In this document: piece after piece, positions 62,957 to 64,000 of the stretch | Layout: each line of letters begins with the position of its first letter | Numbering within the stretch: the stretch's first letter is position 1 | Assembly (NCBI GenBank): GCA_963778985.1 | Contig: CAVZWJ010000015.1 | Coordinates: forward strand, 18,787 to 82,786 | Length of the DNA stretch: 64,000 nucleotides | Reading direction: 5' to 3' | Origin: an uncultured Solirubrobacterales bacterium | GTDB taxonomy: Bacteria; Actinomycetota; Thermoleophilia; Solirubrobacterales; Solirubrobacteraceae | Made by a program: the position numbers and the translations under genes | The notes under the pieces: model-generated | What the model was told of the DNA's origin: nothing | Seen by the model: the letters and a program-made list of their open reading frames with translations, nothing else | Databases searched by the model: none

Positions 62957-63907
62957 GTGAGCATCGTCCAGGCGAGTGATTCCGACTACCGCACGATCAC
63001 CGAAGGGTGCGGCGTGATCGACCGCTCCGAGCGGGGCAAGCTCGCGCTCACCGGCGCCGACGCGAAGGGGTTCCTCCAGGGCCAGGTGAGCAACGACGTG
63101 GAGTCGCTCACGGCCGGCACCGGTTGCTACGCCGTGTTCCTCACCCCCAAGGGGAAGATGCTCGGCGATCTGCGGGTTCTCGATACCGGCGATGAGCTCC
63201 TGCTCGATACCGAGCGGCCGACGCTGCAGGGGCTGTTCAACATGATCCGCCGGTTCAGCATCGGCTACGCGGTCGAACTCCACAAACGTACGCTCGAGCG
63301 CGGGCTCCTGACGCTCATCGGTCCCGCCTCGGACGCCGTCGCGGGCGCGGAGACGCTGCCGGAGACCGAGCACGCCCACGCGCCGCTCGAGGTGGCCGGG
63401 ATCGCCGCGCGCATGATCCGGACCGACGTCGGCGTCGACTTGCTCTGCGACGGCGCGGAGACCGAGACGCTGCGCGCCGCTCTGGAGGCTGCCGGCGCCG
63501 CACCCGTCTCCGCGGAGGCGGCCGAATGCCTGCGCATCGAACGCGGACGTCCCCGCTACGGCGTCGACGTCGACGACTCGGTCATCCCCCAGGAGGCCGG
63601 GCTCAACGAGCGTGCGGTGTCGTTCACGAAGGGGTGCTACGTCGGCCAGGAGACCGTCGCCCGGCTCTTCTATCGCGGTAAGCCCAACCGGCACCTCCGG
63701 GGGCTGACGCTGTCGGCGCCCGCGCAGTCAGGTGATGAGATCGAGCTGGAGGGCCGCGCCGTCGGCCGCGTCGCTAGCACCGCGGTGTCGCCGCGCCTGG
63801 GGCCGATTGCGCTGGCGCTCGTCCGCCGCGAGGCGCCACCCGGCGCCACCGTGCTCGTCGGCAGCGGCGGGGTCGCCGCCGAAGTCGTCGCACTGCCGTT
63901 CGGCTGA
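62957..63907 (+). CDS. ygfZ: YgfZ/GcvT-family folate-binding protein
   Basis: FLQGQVSND and KGCYVGQE signature. Confidence 0.88.
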   Translation: MSIVQASDSDYRTITEGCGVIDRSERGKLALTGADAKGFLQGQVSNDVESLTAGTGCYAVFLTPKGKMLGDLRVLDTGDELLLDTERPTLQGLFNMIRRFSIGYAVELHKRTLERGLLTLIGPASDAVAGAETLPETEHAHAPLEVAGIAARMIRTDVGVDLLCDGAETETLRAALEAAGAAPVSAEAAECLRIERGRPRYGVDVDDSVIPQEAGLNERAVSFTKGCYVGQETVARLFYRGKPNRHLRGLTLSAPAQSGDEIELEGRAVGRVASTAVSPRLGPIALALVRREAPPGATVLVGSGGVAAEVVALPFG

Positions 63908-64000
63908 CTCGGTCACGCCGGCGGCACGAACGAACCGCGCGAGCCCGTCGGCGCTCGGCTCGGGGTCGAGCGCGAGCTGCGGCGCCTCTGGGTGTGCGGC

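Overview
GC-rich actinobacterial chromosomal region; gene content suggests Thermoleophilia/Solirubrobacterales, which is an inference. Most genes are housekeeping or metabolic: a type II fatty-acid synthesis cluster, F420 biosynthesis (npdG-cofD-cofC-cofE and fbiC), acyl-CoA catabolism, a PP2C/STAS/anti-sigma module, MntR-MntH, four tRNAs and one decayed IS630. Four observations stand out. (1) A complete-looking retron at 1430-2938 (-): a 169-nt msr-msd-like ncRNA with 17-bp terminal inverted repeats, two msr-like stem-loops and a long msd-like hairpin, directly followed by an N-terminally extended RT, with no recognisable effector gene. (2) Immediately downstream, a DsbA/FrnE-family gene whose CxxC motif reads TGA-Pro-Phe-Cys, i.e. 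a likely selenoprotein that the ORF track truncates. (3) An in-frame carboxyltransferase-(Gly-Ser)n-FabI fusion and an acyl-CoA-reductase/acyl-CoA-synthetase fusion. (4) A shared 50-bp leaderless promoter/operator in front of the uvrA-like and VOC genes. Several genes, mainly in 20.1-24.8 kb, carry frameshifts that look like sequencing indels. All calls come from reading the sequence and motifs; no searches were run.
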